Below, one piece after another: positions 45,034 through 55,891 of a stretch of DNA of 64,000 nt. The notes beneath the pieces were generated by a model, which was given only the letters and a program-made list of their open reading frames with translations, was not told the DNA's origin and searched no databases. The translations under genes were made by a program, and so were the position numbers. Position 1 is the first letter of the stretch. Each line of letters begins with the position of its first letter. This stretch comes from Carpediemonas membranifera BICM (taxonomy: Eukaryota > Protista > Fornicata), in assembly GCA_019828565.1 (NCBI GenBank), contig JAHDYR010000041.1:37615-101614 (forward strand), in the 5' to 3' direction.

Positions 45034-46281
45034 TCACTCCAAAACACCCCCGCTGAGAGCACCGTTCGCGTCCTCAGACCGGGTACAATAGCGAACTAGC
45101 TCGGGATGAGCAGCAAAGAACTTGACCCCAGCCTGACTATCACGGATTGCCTCGGTTGCCAGGATAATCGAGCTGTACTCGCGTCGAGCATAGTGCACGA
45201 GCAGACGCAGGGAATTCTCATGCAGATGGTGGCCAACGATTGTCTCAAGCACATACACACGACGTGGCTCGTTATGATCGAGCGCGACGGGCAGGACGTC
45301 ATTGCTGGGGACATCGAACAGGAAGTTGTCCATCAAAGAGTGGCGCACATGACCGAAACCAGTGGGGGTCCGGATTGCTTCAATGTATTGGCGGCTGAAC
45401 TCTCGCACGTCAGCAGCGTCTAGGATGCCCTGCGCATGGCCCACGACCATCATGTCATACAGGTCTGGGTCATTACCTAACATTATGGCGCGGCGCAGAT
45501 GAGGGGTCATGACGGTGTAACCACGCCCCGAGAGAAGCTGAATACGCTCGCGCAAACCCTGATGACAGAGCGTACGCGAGGTCGCGTCGAGGCGGCAGAG
45601 GTGCAAAGCCACCAGATCCTGATCGGTGGGATCGCCAGGCCGACCACACATAGCCCGAGTGTGGTACTCGCGCGATAGCGCCAGCAACACGAGACCATCG
45701 CGACAGATGTCACGCGCAACGGAAGAAGAGTTCTCCGTTGCGGCGAGATGCCCATATGAGTTGAGCATCCCGGCACGGAGCGCCCGCAAGGTACCAGACA
45801 TGTCTAGAGTGATGTAACTCACGCCCTCTGCGGCAACAGCGGTGATCATCTCCTCCAGAGAGAAGAGCGGCGAGACCTCGGTTTCCTCACTCCCCGACCC
45901 CGAGTCGCCGTGACCCGTCGGCCGGGATTCATCATCGCTACGAGCGGTCTCGGCCTCGCACGAGTCACCACGGTTCTCACGTGGAGAGCCAGCATCACAA
46001 CTCACCGTCTCAGCCTCCTCCGGGCTTTCGTCACCGCCCGGCGTCGGCGAACGCACACAAGAAGTGACCGGAGCACTCGTAACGCTCTCAGTAGAGGTGT
46101 CCCGGATAGATGTCACGTTTGTAGGAGCAGGTGCGCTGAACAAAGCGTGGTAGTCGCTGGCTGAGTTGAAAAAACGGGCACGATCGAGATAGCGGTTCAA
46201 GAAGCGTTTGAAGGCCTTTCGGGCTTTCTCCTCATCAAATAGCGCCAGCATCTGCGTAATCTGCTCACGTACGTCGGACAT
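45034..46281 (-). CDS. Element A antisense ORF with C-terminal chromodomain-like module, copy 1
   Basis: About 415-aa open frame between pol and the PPT; VYVLETIVGHHLHENSLRLLVHY. Confidence 0.75.
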   Translation of the reverse strand: MSDVREQITQMLALFDEEKARKAFKRFLNRYLDRARFFNSASDYHALFSAPAPTNVTSIRDTSTESVTSAPVTSCVRSPTPGGDESPEEAETVSCDAGSPRENRGDSCEAETARSDDESRPTGHGDSGSGSEETEVSPLFSLEEMITAVAAEGVSYITLDMSGTLRALRAGMLNSYGHLAATENSSSVARDICRDGLVLLALSREYHTRAMCGRPGDPTDQDLVALHLCRLDATSRTLCHQGLRERIQLLSGRGYTVMTPHLRRAIMLGNDPDLYDMMVVGHAQGILDAADVREFSRQYIEAIRTPTGFGHVRHSLMDNFLFDVPSNDVLPVALDHNEPRRVYVLETIVGHHLHENSLRLLVHYARREYSSIILATEAIRDSQAGVKFFAAHPELVRYCTRSEDANGALSGGVLE

Positions 46282-46931
46282 TGCTCGTTCGTCACTTCCC
46301 GTTTTCACTGAGAAAACAACAACTCGAAAGAAGTAGCAACCAACCTCAATGGAACCTGAAAGACACTGTTTTACGGCTAATTCAAGCCCGATTGATGTTA
46401 TTAAGGATGAACGCGGCCTTTTGCAGCCGCGAGAGAGAACGTCGCACCGTCGAGAGCAAAAAACGCGAGAACTCGCGAACGAAGCCGAATTGAGGCTTCT
46501 AATGACGTTTTTCGATCTCTATGTAATAAGGACGGCGACGTGAAGTACATACCAAGAGAAACACAAAGATCATCACAGTGAGCAGTTTTAGGCGCTCATT
46601 TGATCTAATCAATATTCAAACGGCCGTTTTACGACCGTGGAGGGGCGGAATGCCTCACGTAAGATCATTCTAATTACACAGCGCGCTAACAAGTGGTACC
46701 ACGATAGGATTTTGAGATCCGCAGATATTTTCCGAATCTTTCAGATTCACCCCGCTAATTCTGGCTCCCGACTTGAACAAGGCATTCACCCTGTACCCTG
46801 CCATGGTACAGAGTCTCGTAGACCAATGAGTGGCATCGGAGGTCTCGGGACTGGTCAAGTCCCTCATCGCACATTCGTTCGAGTGGCATACGCCTGAGGC
46901 CATGGCCCCTTTGGGGTCCATGGAGGGGCGG

Positions 46932-47052
46932 TGTCGTGGGTCTTACCCAATATTTACATAGTTGTATTATTTACATCGTCTTCAGGTTTCTGTCGACACA
47001 TTTGGTGTCGTCTCTTTTCCCTGTAAAGCTTTCTTGTCCCTAACGGACTACA
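46932..47052 (+). repeat. Element A shared middle LTR
   Basis: Identical to 40909-41029; preceded by the PPT. Confidence 0.95.
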
Positions 47053-47070
47053 TTTCTAGAAATTCAAGCC

Positions 47071-50000
47071 ATGAACGATAAGAAACGCCTTATACCTCCT
47101 CTACTAACGGTTCCGTCAGTTGAGGCTCTCATCACTTTCGCCGAGGCCTTCCGCGACTATCGCGCTTACGGAGGCCATCGGGATATCTCAGACTTGATTG
47201 ATAGCTCGGTACAAGACCTCATTGCCACGATCCTATCCACTACGCAGGACGAAGACGACGATCACACTCCCCTAGTAGCCTCAAGGAAGAACATCCGCGA
47301 TCTGAAGGATCAGAGAACTCTCAAGCGGCTCGGACAAGCCCTGCAACCCAGAACCAAGACCTCACGCCTCCAGCTGTTCCGTCTAAGAGCCAACAGCTTC
47401 GACACGGTACAGGTCGCACGCGTCAATCGGAAGTTCACTCTCCTCTTGTCCCTGTTCGATGGGAAGTCCCTCAACGAGGACAACCTCAAGGAGGCGTATA
47501 CGCGTGCCTTTAAGAGCAACCCCAAGGCCATGTACCGCATCCAAGAGCTCATCGAGGACCAGCCTCTGGAAAAGGCTATGCCCGCCGTCCTAGCCCTAGC
47601 ACGTGAAGTCCAAGAGTCACGGGATCTACTAAGCGCTTTCGAAGACGCTCCCTCTCGTCAACCCTACACGTCCCGCCATGACCGCAGACACGACTCGTCT
47701 GTGATCCCGAAGAAGCCCTCGTCCGATAACCGGTCGGCTGAAACCAACAAGGGCCACAAGGCAATCAAGAAGGAGAAGCCGGCAAAGGACTACTCTAACT
47801 ACACCTGCTATAACTGCGGTGGCAAGGGTCACTCGGTGTTCAAGTGTAAGAAGCCCAAGCACACATGTAAGAAGTGTGGTCGTGTCGGCCACCTGGAGGA
47901 TTACTGTAAATCCTCCAAGTGCGTGTGTGTTTTAAGTTCCAAGGAGTCACCGGCCGAGGGCGAACCGTCAAAGACTAAGGGCGAGACCGAGACTAAGCCA
48001 TCTGTTCCCTTGATCAAAGTCCAGATTAATGGTCACAACCTCACTGCTCTACTTGATTCAGGTGCCGGAGTCACGATCATCAAGAGCACGTGGGCGTCCA
48101 AGCTGACAAAAGTTAGCTCCGAGGTTATTCCGATCCGTACCGCCAACAAGGGTATTCTTCACGCGCAAGGCGCTGTTGAAGGCGACGTAAGACTGCTAGC
48201 GTCAGCGTTTACACCCAAGGCGTGCTCCTACAAGCCACGTATGCTGCTACTTGACACTGAGTTCGACATGATTATCGGATATCCAGACATGGTAGCACTG
48301 GGAATCCTTCCCCAAGCCTACACAGACGAGCAAGATGATGACGAGATCGAGATTCCGGACGTGTACAAGTATCAGGCACCATTGTTTTCTTTGTCGCAGA
48401 CCAGCATCGACCGGCAGGCCGAGCTAATCAGACGTTATAGCGACGTGTTCGAGGACCGTAGCGAACCCAGCCGCCTCGAGCCGTATGACCTCATCCTACG
48501 CGAGGACCGAGTGGTCAACGCCAGACCATACTTCGTCCCACCAGCCAAGGTCGACATAATACGGGAGCACATCGACGAGCTGTCCTTGAAGGGGTTTATC
48601 GAGAGAAGCAACTCACCGTACGCATCCCCGGCCATGACGGTGCCGAAGAAGGGCGGGAAGTCGCGCTTCGTCGTGGATTTCCGGCAGATCAACGAGATCA
48701 CCCCCACTTTCGACTACCCGATCCCAATGATCGACGAGGTGATCGCCCAACTACCCAACAAGAAGATCTTCGCCACACTAGACCTGTCGTCGGGTTATCA
48801 CCAGGTCGAACTGACCAAACGCTGCCGCAAGTACACTGCGTTCACCACCATTCTAGGTCAATATCAATACACTAGGATGCCCTTCGGGCTAAGGAACGCA
48901 GGAGCTCACTTTCAGCGTGCCATGGAGTCGGCTTTCGCCGAACTGGTTGGTCACGCCTGTTATATCTATATCGACGATATCATTGTCTTCGGGGAAAACG
49001 AGGAGGATTACCTCAAGAACCTGGAGAGCGTGCTGCAGCGTACTAGACAGATCAAGTTACAACTCAACCGTGACAAGTGCCAGTTTTCGAGGGCCGAGGT
49101 CGAGTTCCTGGGCAGGGTCATATCCCATGGCTGTCAACGCATCGCAGCGGACCGCATTCAAGACATCCTGGATCTCGAAATGCCTAAGTCGGTCAAGGGA
49201 ATGCAAGCGCTCGTCGGATTTCTTAACTATTTCCGGGATCATGTCCCTGGTTTCGCAGAAGTAGTACACCCCTTAACTCAAGCGATGGCCTCCAAGATCC
49301 CGCTGGGTGGCGACGAGCAAGAGCAAGCCCTACGCAAAGTCAAGACACTCCTCGCCCAAGCAGAAGCACTCGCCATCTTCGATGCGTCCAAGGAACACAC
49401 CATCATGACCGACGCGTCAGGAGTTGGCTACGGCGCTGTGCTATTGCAGGAAGGCCAACCCGTGTGCTTTATGAGCAAGGCCTTTGACCAAGTGCAATCG
49501 CGATGGTCGGTCGGAGAGAAGGAGGCATTCGCCATCGTCGCCGCCATTAAGCGATGGAACAAGTACCTCTCCTGGGGAAAGTTCACCCTTCTCACGGACC
49601 ATCGCAACCTGATTTACATGTACAAGTCGACTAACGCCAAGGTCCGCAGATGGGCTGAGGCTATGTCCGACATGGACTTCGACGTCAAGCACGTCGCTGG
49701 CCTTGATAACGGTGGGGCAGACGGCTTATCGCGAGTGTACGTTATGCAGTCCGCATCAGAAGATGACGTTGAAGCAGAACACCTCACCGCCGGGGCCCAC
49801 CTCTCCCGACGTGTAGTTACTGAACGACTCAAGGACCAAGGCAAGTCAGTATCACGTGAGACTGTCAGCAAGGTCATCGAAAACTGCCCGGTGTGCCAGG
49901 TGATTAGACGCCCTCCGGTTGACAGCCCGTCAGGATTGCACACAGCCGTAGATCGCCCGTTCCGTAGGGTGGCAGTTGACACGATGGGGCCTTTCCCCTC

Positions 50001-51021
50001 CGTCGACGGCAAGGCTTACATCACAGTCATGATCGACATGTGCAGTCGGTGGACTGAGCTAGTCGCATCTTCGAGTACCACCGGCGCGGCAGCAGCGGAC
50101 GCCCTGGTCAACAACTGGATATTGCGTTTCGGGTGCCCTGAGGTTCTCCAATCCGACGGAGGACCAGAGTTCAAGAACCAACTCTTCAAGCGCATCGCAG
50201 ATGAGATGGGGTTCAAGATCCATATTACCACGGCTCACCACCCGCAATCCAATGGGATGGTAGAGCGCGCCAACCAGCAAGTATTACGCATCCTCAAGGC
50301 GCGTAAGTTTCAGCTCAGAGGGTCAACCTGGATCGAGAATCTACCTGTCGCCCAGTTCATCGTTAATTCATCCCCGCGCACGTCTACACGCCTGTCACCA
50401 GCCGAGATAGTTCTCGGGTACGACCTGAGAATACCACAGAACGTGTATGTGACTGATTCTAGTACAGCGAGCGCGAGTGAGTCTCACAGGGAAGCGGCCG
50501 CAGCGGCTGTCCAACTCGCCAGCAGCCGAGTCCAGGCGATGAGAGAGGACGCCCTCGCAAAGGCTACTGCCTCGAGGAATGAGATTATTAGCAGGTTCGT
50601 CCTAGTCAAGTACCCCTCTAGACCACCGAACAAGTTGTCACCTGGATGGAGAGGGCCAATGCGAAGGCTCGCCGGAGTGAAACAACACGGTGTCGTTGTC
50701 GCGTATAAGGTTTTAGACCTAGCTGAGAAGGACAACTCGAAAGCGATCACGGTAGACGCATCGAGAGTTCGGAAGTTCAATCCCGGCAGGCTGACAGAAG
50801 ATCAGATCAAAGCACTCGCAGCCACGGCTGACGACGAGTGGGAAGTTGAGCGAATCAGTCGATCTCGAGGTCGAGGCCCGATGTCCAAGCGGGAATACCT
50901 CGTCCATTGGGCTGGGTGCGAAGACGAAGAGGCTACGTGGCAAGACTATTCGTCAGTCAAGGACCTAGAGGCGCTAGACATATTCCTGAAGTCAGACGAG
51001 GCCAAGCGAGCCGGTCTGTAA
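47071..51021 (+). CDS. Element A intact single-ORF Gag-Pol (2 CCHC, protease, RT, RNase H, integrase, chromodomain)
   Basis: 1316 aa; LLDSGA, YIDD, TDAS, HHCC, DDE, EWEVERI..EYLVHWAG..ATW. Confidence 0.98.
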   Translation: MNDKKRLIPPLLTVPSVEALITFAEAFRDYRAYGGHRDISDLIDSSVQDLIATILSTTQDEDDDHTPLVASRKNIRDLKDQRTLKRLGQALQPRTKTSRLQLFRLRANSFDTVQVARVNRKFTLLLSLFDGKSLNEDNLKEAYTRAFKSNPKAMYRIQELIEDQPLEKAMPAVLALAREVQESRDLLSAFEDAPSRQPYTSRHDRRHDSSVIPKKPSSDNRSAETNKGHKAIKKEKPAKDYSNYTCYNCGGKGHSVFKCKKPKHTCKKCGRVGHLEDYCKSSKCVCVLSSKESPAEGEPSKTKGETETKPSVPLIKVQINGHNLTALLDSGAGVTIIKSTWASKLTKVSSEVIPIRTANKGILHAQGAVEGDVRLLASAFTPKACSYKPRMLLLDTEFDMIIGYPDMVALGILPQAYTDEQDDDEIEIPDVYKYQAPLFSLSQTSIDRQAELIRRYSDVFEDRSEPSRLEPYDLILREDRVVNARPYFVPPAKVDIIREHIDELSLKGFIERSNSPYASPAMTVPKKGGKSRFVVDFRQINEITPTFDYPIPMIDEVIAQLPNKKIFATLDLSSGYHQVELTKRCRKYTAFTTILGQYQYTRMPFGLRNAGAHFQRAMESAFAELVGHACYIYIDDIIVFGENEEDYLKNLESVLQRTRQIKLQLNRDKCQFSRAEVEFLGRVISHGCQRIAADRIQDILDLEMPKSVKGMQALVGFLNYFRDHVPGFAEVVHPLTQAMASKIPLGGDEQEQALRKVKTLLAQAEALAIFDASKEHTIMTDASGVGYGAVLLQEGQPVCFMSKAFDQVQSRWSVGEKEAFAIVAAIKRWNKYLSWGKFTLLTDHRNLIYMYKSTNAKVRRWAEAMSDMDFDVKHVAGLDNGGADGLSRVYVMQSASEDDVEAEHLTAGAHLSRRVVTERLKDQGKSVSRETVSKVIENCPVCQVIRRPPVDSPSGLHTAVDRPFRRVAVDTMGPFPSVDGKAYITVMIDMCSRWTELVASSSTTGAAAADALVNNWILRFGCPEVLQSDGGPEFKNQLFKRIADEMGFKIHITTAHHPQSNGMVERANQQVLRILKARKFQLRGSTWIENLPVAQFIVNSSPRTSTRLSPAEIVLGYDLRIPQNVYVTDSSTASASESHREAAAAAVQLASSRVQAMREDALAKATASRNEIISRFVLVKYPSRPPNKLSPGWRGPMRRLAGVKQHGVVVAYKVLDLAEKDNSKAITVDASRVRKFNPGRLTEDQIKALAATADDEWEVERISRSRGRGPMSKREYLVHWAGCEDEEATWQDYSSVKDLEALDIFLKSDEAKRAGL

Positions 51022-51054
51022 ACCTTCAGCAGCTACTCAATCCAAACCTTTATC

Positions 51055-52302
51055 TCACTCCAAAACACCCCCGCTGAGAGCACCGTTCGCGTCCTCAGAC
51101 CGGGTACAATAGCGAACTAGCTCGGGATGAGCAGCAAAGAACTTGACCCCAGCCTGACTATCACGGATTGCCTCGGTTGCCAGGATAATCGAGCTGTACT
51201 CGCGTCGAGCATAGTGCACGAGCAGACGCAGGGAATTCTCATGCAGATGGTGGCCAACGATTGCCTCAAGCACATACACACGACGTGGCTCGTTATGATC
51301 GAGCGCGACGGGCAGGACGTCATTGCTGGGGACATCGAACAGGAAGTTGTCCATCAAAGAGTGGCGCACATGACCGAAACCAGTGGGGGTCCGGATTGCT
51401 TCAATGTATTGGCGGCTGAACTCTCGCACGTCAGCAGCGTCTAGGATGCCCTGCGCATGGCCCACGACCATCATGTCATACAGGTCTGGGTCATTACCTA
51501 ACATTATGGCGCGGCGCAGATGAGGGGTCATGACGGTGTAACCACGCCCCGAGAGAAGCTGAATACGCTCGCGCAAACCCTGATGACAGAGCGTACGCGA
51601 GGTCGCGTCGAGGCGGCAGAGGTGCAAAGCCACCAGATCCTGATCGGTGGGATCGCCAGGCCGACCACACATAGCCCGAGTGTGGTACTCGCGCGATAGC
51701 GCCAGCAACACGAGACCATCGCGACAGATGTCACGCGCAACGGAAGAAGAGTTCTCCGTTGCGGCGAGATGCCCATATGAGTTGAGCATCCCGGCGCGGA
51801 GCGCCCGCAAGGTACCAGACATGTCTAGAGTGATGTAACTCACGCCCTCTGCGGCAACAGCGGTGATCATCTCCTCCAGAGAGAAGAGCGGCGAGACCTC
51901 GGTTTCCTCACTCCCCGACCCCGAGTCGCCGTGACCCGTCGGCCGGGATTCATCATCGCTACGAGCGGTCTCGGCCTCGCACGAGTCACCACGGTTCTCA
52001 CGTGGAGAGCCAGCATCACAACTCACCGTCTCAGCCTCCTCCGGGCTTTCGTCACCGCCCGGCGTCGGCGAACGCACACAAGAAGTGACCGGAGCACTCG
52101 TAACGCTCTCAGTAGAGGTGTCCCGGATAGATGTCACGTTTGTAGGAGCAGGTGCGCTGAACAAAGCGTGGTAGTCGCTGGCTGAGTTGAAAAAACGGGC
52201 ACGATCGAGATAGCGGTTCAAGAAGCGTTTGAAGGCCTTTCGGGCTTTCTCCTCATCAAATAGCGCCAGCATCTGCGTAATCTGCTCACGTACGTCGGAC
52301 AT
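51055..52302 (-). CDS. Element A antisense ORF, copy 2
   Basis: Same protein as copy 1 with one T/A difference. Confidence 0.75.
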   Translation of the reverse strand: MSDVREQITQMLALFDEEKARKAFKRFLNRYLDRARFFNSASDYHALFSAPAPTNVTSIRDTSTESVTSAPVTSCVRSPTPGGDESPEEAETVSCDAGSPRENRGDSCEAETARSDDESRPTGHGDSGSGSEETEVSPLFSLEEMITAVAAEGVSYITLDMSGTLRALRAGMLNSYGHLAATENSSSVARDICRDGLVLLALSREYHTRAMCGRPGDPTDQDLVALHLCRLDATSRTLCHQGLRERIQLLSGRGYTVMTPHLRRAIMLGNDPDLYDMMVVGHAQGILDAADVREFSRQYIEAIRTPTGFGHVRHSLMDNFLFDVPSNDVLPVALDHNEPRRVYVLEAIVGHHLHENSLRLLVHYARREYSSIILATEAIRDSQAGVKFFAAHPELVRYCTRSEDANGALSGGVLE

Positions 52303-52953
52303 TGCTCGTTCGTCACTTCCCGTTTTCACTGAGAAAACAACAACTCGAAAGAAGTAGCAACCAACCTCAATGGAACCTGAAAGACACTGTTTTACGGCTA
52401 ATTCAAGCCCGATTGATGTTATTAGGGATGAACGCGGCCTTTTGCAGCCGCGAGAGAGAACGTCGCACCGTCGAGAGCAAAAAACGCGAGAACTCGCGAA
52501 CGAAGCCGAATTGAGGCTTCTAATGACGTTTTTCGATCTCTATGTAATAAGGACGGCGACGTGAAGTACATACCAAGAGAAACACAAAGATCATCACAGT
52601 GAGCAGTTTTAGGCGCTCATTTGATCTAATCAATATTCAAACGGCCGTTTTACGACCGTGGAGGGGCGGAATGCCTCACGTAAGATCATTCTAATTACAC
52701 AGCGCGCTAACAAGTGGTACCACGATAGGATTTTTGAGATCCGCAGATATTTTCCGAATCTTTCAGATTCACCCCGCTAATTCTGGCTCCCGACTTGAAC
52801 AAGGCATTCACCCTGTACCCTGCCATGGTACAGAGTCTCGTAGACCAATGAGTGGCATCGGAGGTCTCGGGACTGGTCAAGTCCCTCATCGCACATTCGT
52901 TCGAGTGGCATACGCCTGAGGCCATGGCCCCTTTGGGGTCCATGGAGGGGCGG

Positions 52954-53074
52954 TGTCGTGGGTCTTACCCAATATTTACATAGTTGTATTATTTACATCG
53001 TCTTCAGGTTTCTGTCGACACATTTGGTGTCGTCTCTTTTCCCTGTAAAGCTTTCTTGTCCCTAACGGACTACA
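52954..53074 (+). repeat. Element A LTR 3
   Basis: Identical to LTRs 1 and 2. Confidence 0.95.
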
Positions 53075-55453
53075 CCTAAGCGGGAGTTGGTGCGGCAGGA
53101 AGTCCGCCGGTTGAAGCGGGAAGGTATTATCCGAGACTGCCGTGGGCCGTGGGCAAGCCCAATAGTGGTCGCCACGAAGAAGGATGGGGCTATTCGACTC
53201 TGTGTGGACCTCACTGCGGTCAACAACGTAACCAAGCCGGACCGGTTCCCGCTGCCGGACCTACGGTCCTTCGTCCACGAGGCCGCAGGTGCTGAGTGGT
53301 TCAGCAGTATGGACCTCACTTCAGGGTACCATCAGATGAAGGTCCGGCCCGAAGACGTTTTCAAGACGGGGTTCGTCACCCCCGACGACTATTGCGAGTT
53401 TGTTCGCACGCCGTTCGGCTTGAGGAATGCTCCTGCGGTGTTCCAGCGGGAGATGCAGCGCAGCCTGGCACCAGTCTTGCACAAGGGCGCTTGCGTGTAC
53501 ATCGACGATATTCTGAACTATGCCCGGACGGCAGAGGAATACCTTGCTACACTCCGGACGGTCTTCGAGTGTTTGAGAGCGGCCAGACTAAGGCTGGCAC
53601 CCAAGAAGTGCACGTTCGGAGCCAAGAGCGTGGAAGTGGTCGGGTTCGTCATTGACGGAACCGGCAGTCGCGTGTCGGAGTCGAGGATTGCCTCGCTCAG
53701 GGCCCTAGCTAGGCCCGACAACATGACAGATCTCCGCGGCATCATTGGAAAATTCAACTATCTGGCAAGGTTCATACCGGACTGCCAGAGGGTCCTCGCC
53801 CCGCTCTACGAGATCAAGGATATGGGGCAGTGGACCGACGAGCACGACGGCATAGTACGCGAGCTCGCAGAGACGGTAGCGAACGCAGCGGCGCTTGTGT
53901 TCCCCGACCTGACAAAGCCGTGGCAGCTATACACTGATGCTTCTGACGAGGGCATCGGCGGGGTCCTGCTTCAGGGTGACCCAGGGGAAGAACAGGTAGT
54001 TGCCTTTTTCAGCAAGAAGTTCTCGGCAGTTCAAGGGCGGTGGTCGACGTATGACAAGGAACTATACGCCATTGTACACTGCGTGACACAGCCCGACCTC
54101 GCCCCGCTGTTCAAGCTACACCCAGACCTCACTGTGTGTTCCGACCACAAGAACCTACTATTCCTTCACAAGCGGAAGGACCTCAGCGCCAAGCTCGAGA
54201 GGTGGAGGATTATCCTGGGCGAGTATCCGTTCAGGCTGCGGCATGTAGCCGGGAAGGACAACGTAGTAGCGGATGCCCTATCCCGACTGCCGATGGAGAC
54301 AAACTTACTCGACCGGCAACAGATTCCTGACGACGCTCGTGCATTACTAGAGTCTCTACATGGGGGCAGTGCGGGCCACGTTCCATTGGCAGCAATGCAG
54401 GACCGGGCGGGTGATCGATGGGAGGAGATTAGACCCTTCACTCGCCAGTGGGTCGAAGAGTGCCCCATATGCCAGAAGGCACGGGAACCGGGGCGTACGA
54501 GAGTCCCCTGGCACTCCACGCAGCACAGGCAGCCATTCGAGGTGGTGCAGCTTGATACTATCGGGCCCCTCCCCCAATCACCGCACGGCAACCAGTACGT
54601 TGTCGTAGTCATTGATGCGTTCTCGAAGTACGTGGACGTCTACCCGGTGAAGAGCACCGACGCCCAGGGGGCGGCCGAGGTGGTTGCCCGCGTGTGTGGT
54701 CGATGGGGAGTACCACAGACGATCCAGACTGACCAAGGCTCGCAGTTCCGAAATGAACTCGTCAACCAAGTCACGACTCGACTGACCCTCAACCATCGAT
54801 TCTCCACCGCATATCATCCTGCTAGTAATGGCATAGTGGAGAGAGCCAATGGCACGTTGGTCCGAGCTCTACGCAAGCTGTTGTTGGAGGCGGAAGACGA
54901 CCAGTGGGAGCACTGGCTCCCCGGTCGCGCAGCTGGTGATTAACAGCGCGCCACACAGCACGCTAGGGGGCATGAGCCCACTCCAATGCCTCTTCGGCAT
55001 CTCACCCGCCGTTCTTAAGTCGGCCGAGCAGTTGGCACCGATGGCGGAGGCTGTCGGGGCCCCGGCGGATCTGGCAGAGTGGGCACGGGCTCGGCAGGGC
55101 TTCAGAGCGGCAGCGGAACAAGCGGTGGGTGAGTATGAACGCCGCCAGGCTGCGAAACAGCCGGCTGAGTCTCAGTCTAAGGTACGGACTGGCGACCTCT
55201 ATTTTGTGAGGTGGGCAACGAGACAGACGAAGTTGACTGCTAAGGCCCGTGGACCGATGCAGGCCGTCGGGCAAGGGGAAAGCCCGAACACCTGGCGCAT
55301 GAAGGACTTAATCTCGCACAAGGTGGTACTGATCCATGAGGAACGGATAAGCGTGGCTAAGGTCTCGATGGAGCAAGCGGTGCGCTTAGCGGCACGGGAT
55401 CATCAGGAATTCGTTGTCGAAAGGATCGTAGGCCACAAGCTCGGTAGTAGGAG
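53075..55453 (+). mobile_element. Ty3/gypsy element F pol fragment (RT, RNase H, integrase, start of chromodomain), related to B
   Basis: YIDD, YTDAS, QTDQG..ERAN, EFVVERIVGHK; truncated at both ends. Confidence 0.94.
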
Positions 55454-55891
55454 GTCCAACGAACCAGAAGGTTACATTCAGGGTGCACCGCCGGTTATGA
55501 GTGGGAGCTCCATAGCCACAGGGACTAGAGAACGAACAATATGGAGCTTAGATTTACAGGGAAAGAGACGGAGAGCGCAGGGAAGGATGTCGGAGCATCG
55601 ATGGAATGGAATTTTCGCCAGCTCAGAGGGAAGGAAGGATCACCGGCGAACAACAGCAGGGGCCCAGATAGAGGCCGCGAACACACTACGAATGGCGTAA
55701 CAACGGCCAAAATCCAGGGACGGTGTGGCATGAAAATGGCGATGCATTTTTAGAACCGCGCCATTCCGCCGCGAGCCCCAAAACAAACGATCAGGGAAAA
55801 ATGAGAAAACAGGGAGGTCCGTGCGGGGACAGTACCTGCGCAGGGCCATGCTGACCGATTTTCGCGTCGATGCATTTGCCAAGCTTTTTTC

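Larger units (their letters stand above)
40909..53074 (+). mobile_element. Tandem dimer of chromodomain-bearing Ty3/gypsy element A (LTR-int-LTR-int-LTR)
   Basis: Three identical 121-bp LTRs, two ~6.02-kb near-identical units, PPT tggaggggcgg. Confidence 0.96.

Noticed and set aside
55454-55700. Chromodomain fused to a novel C-terminal domain (ORF 54849-55700)
   Set aside because: Chance read-through from element F into the non-LTR sequence also present at 40327
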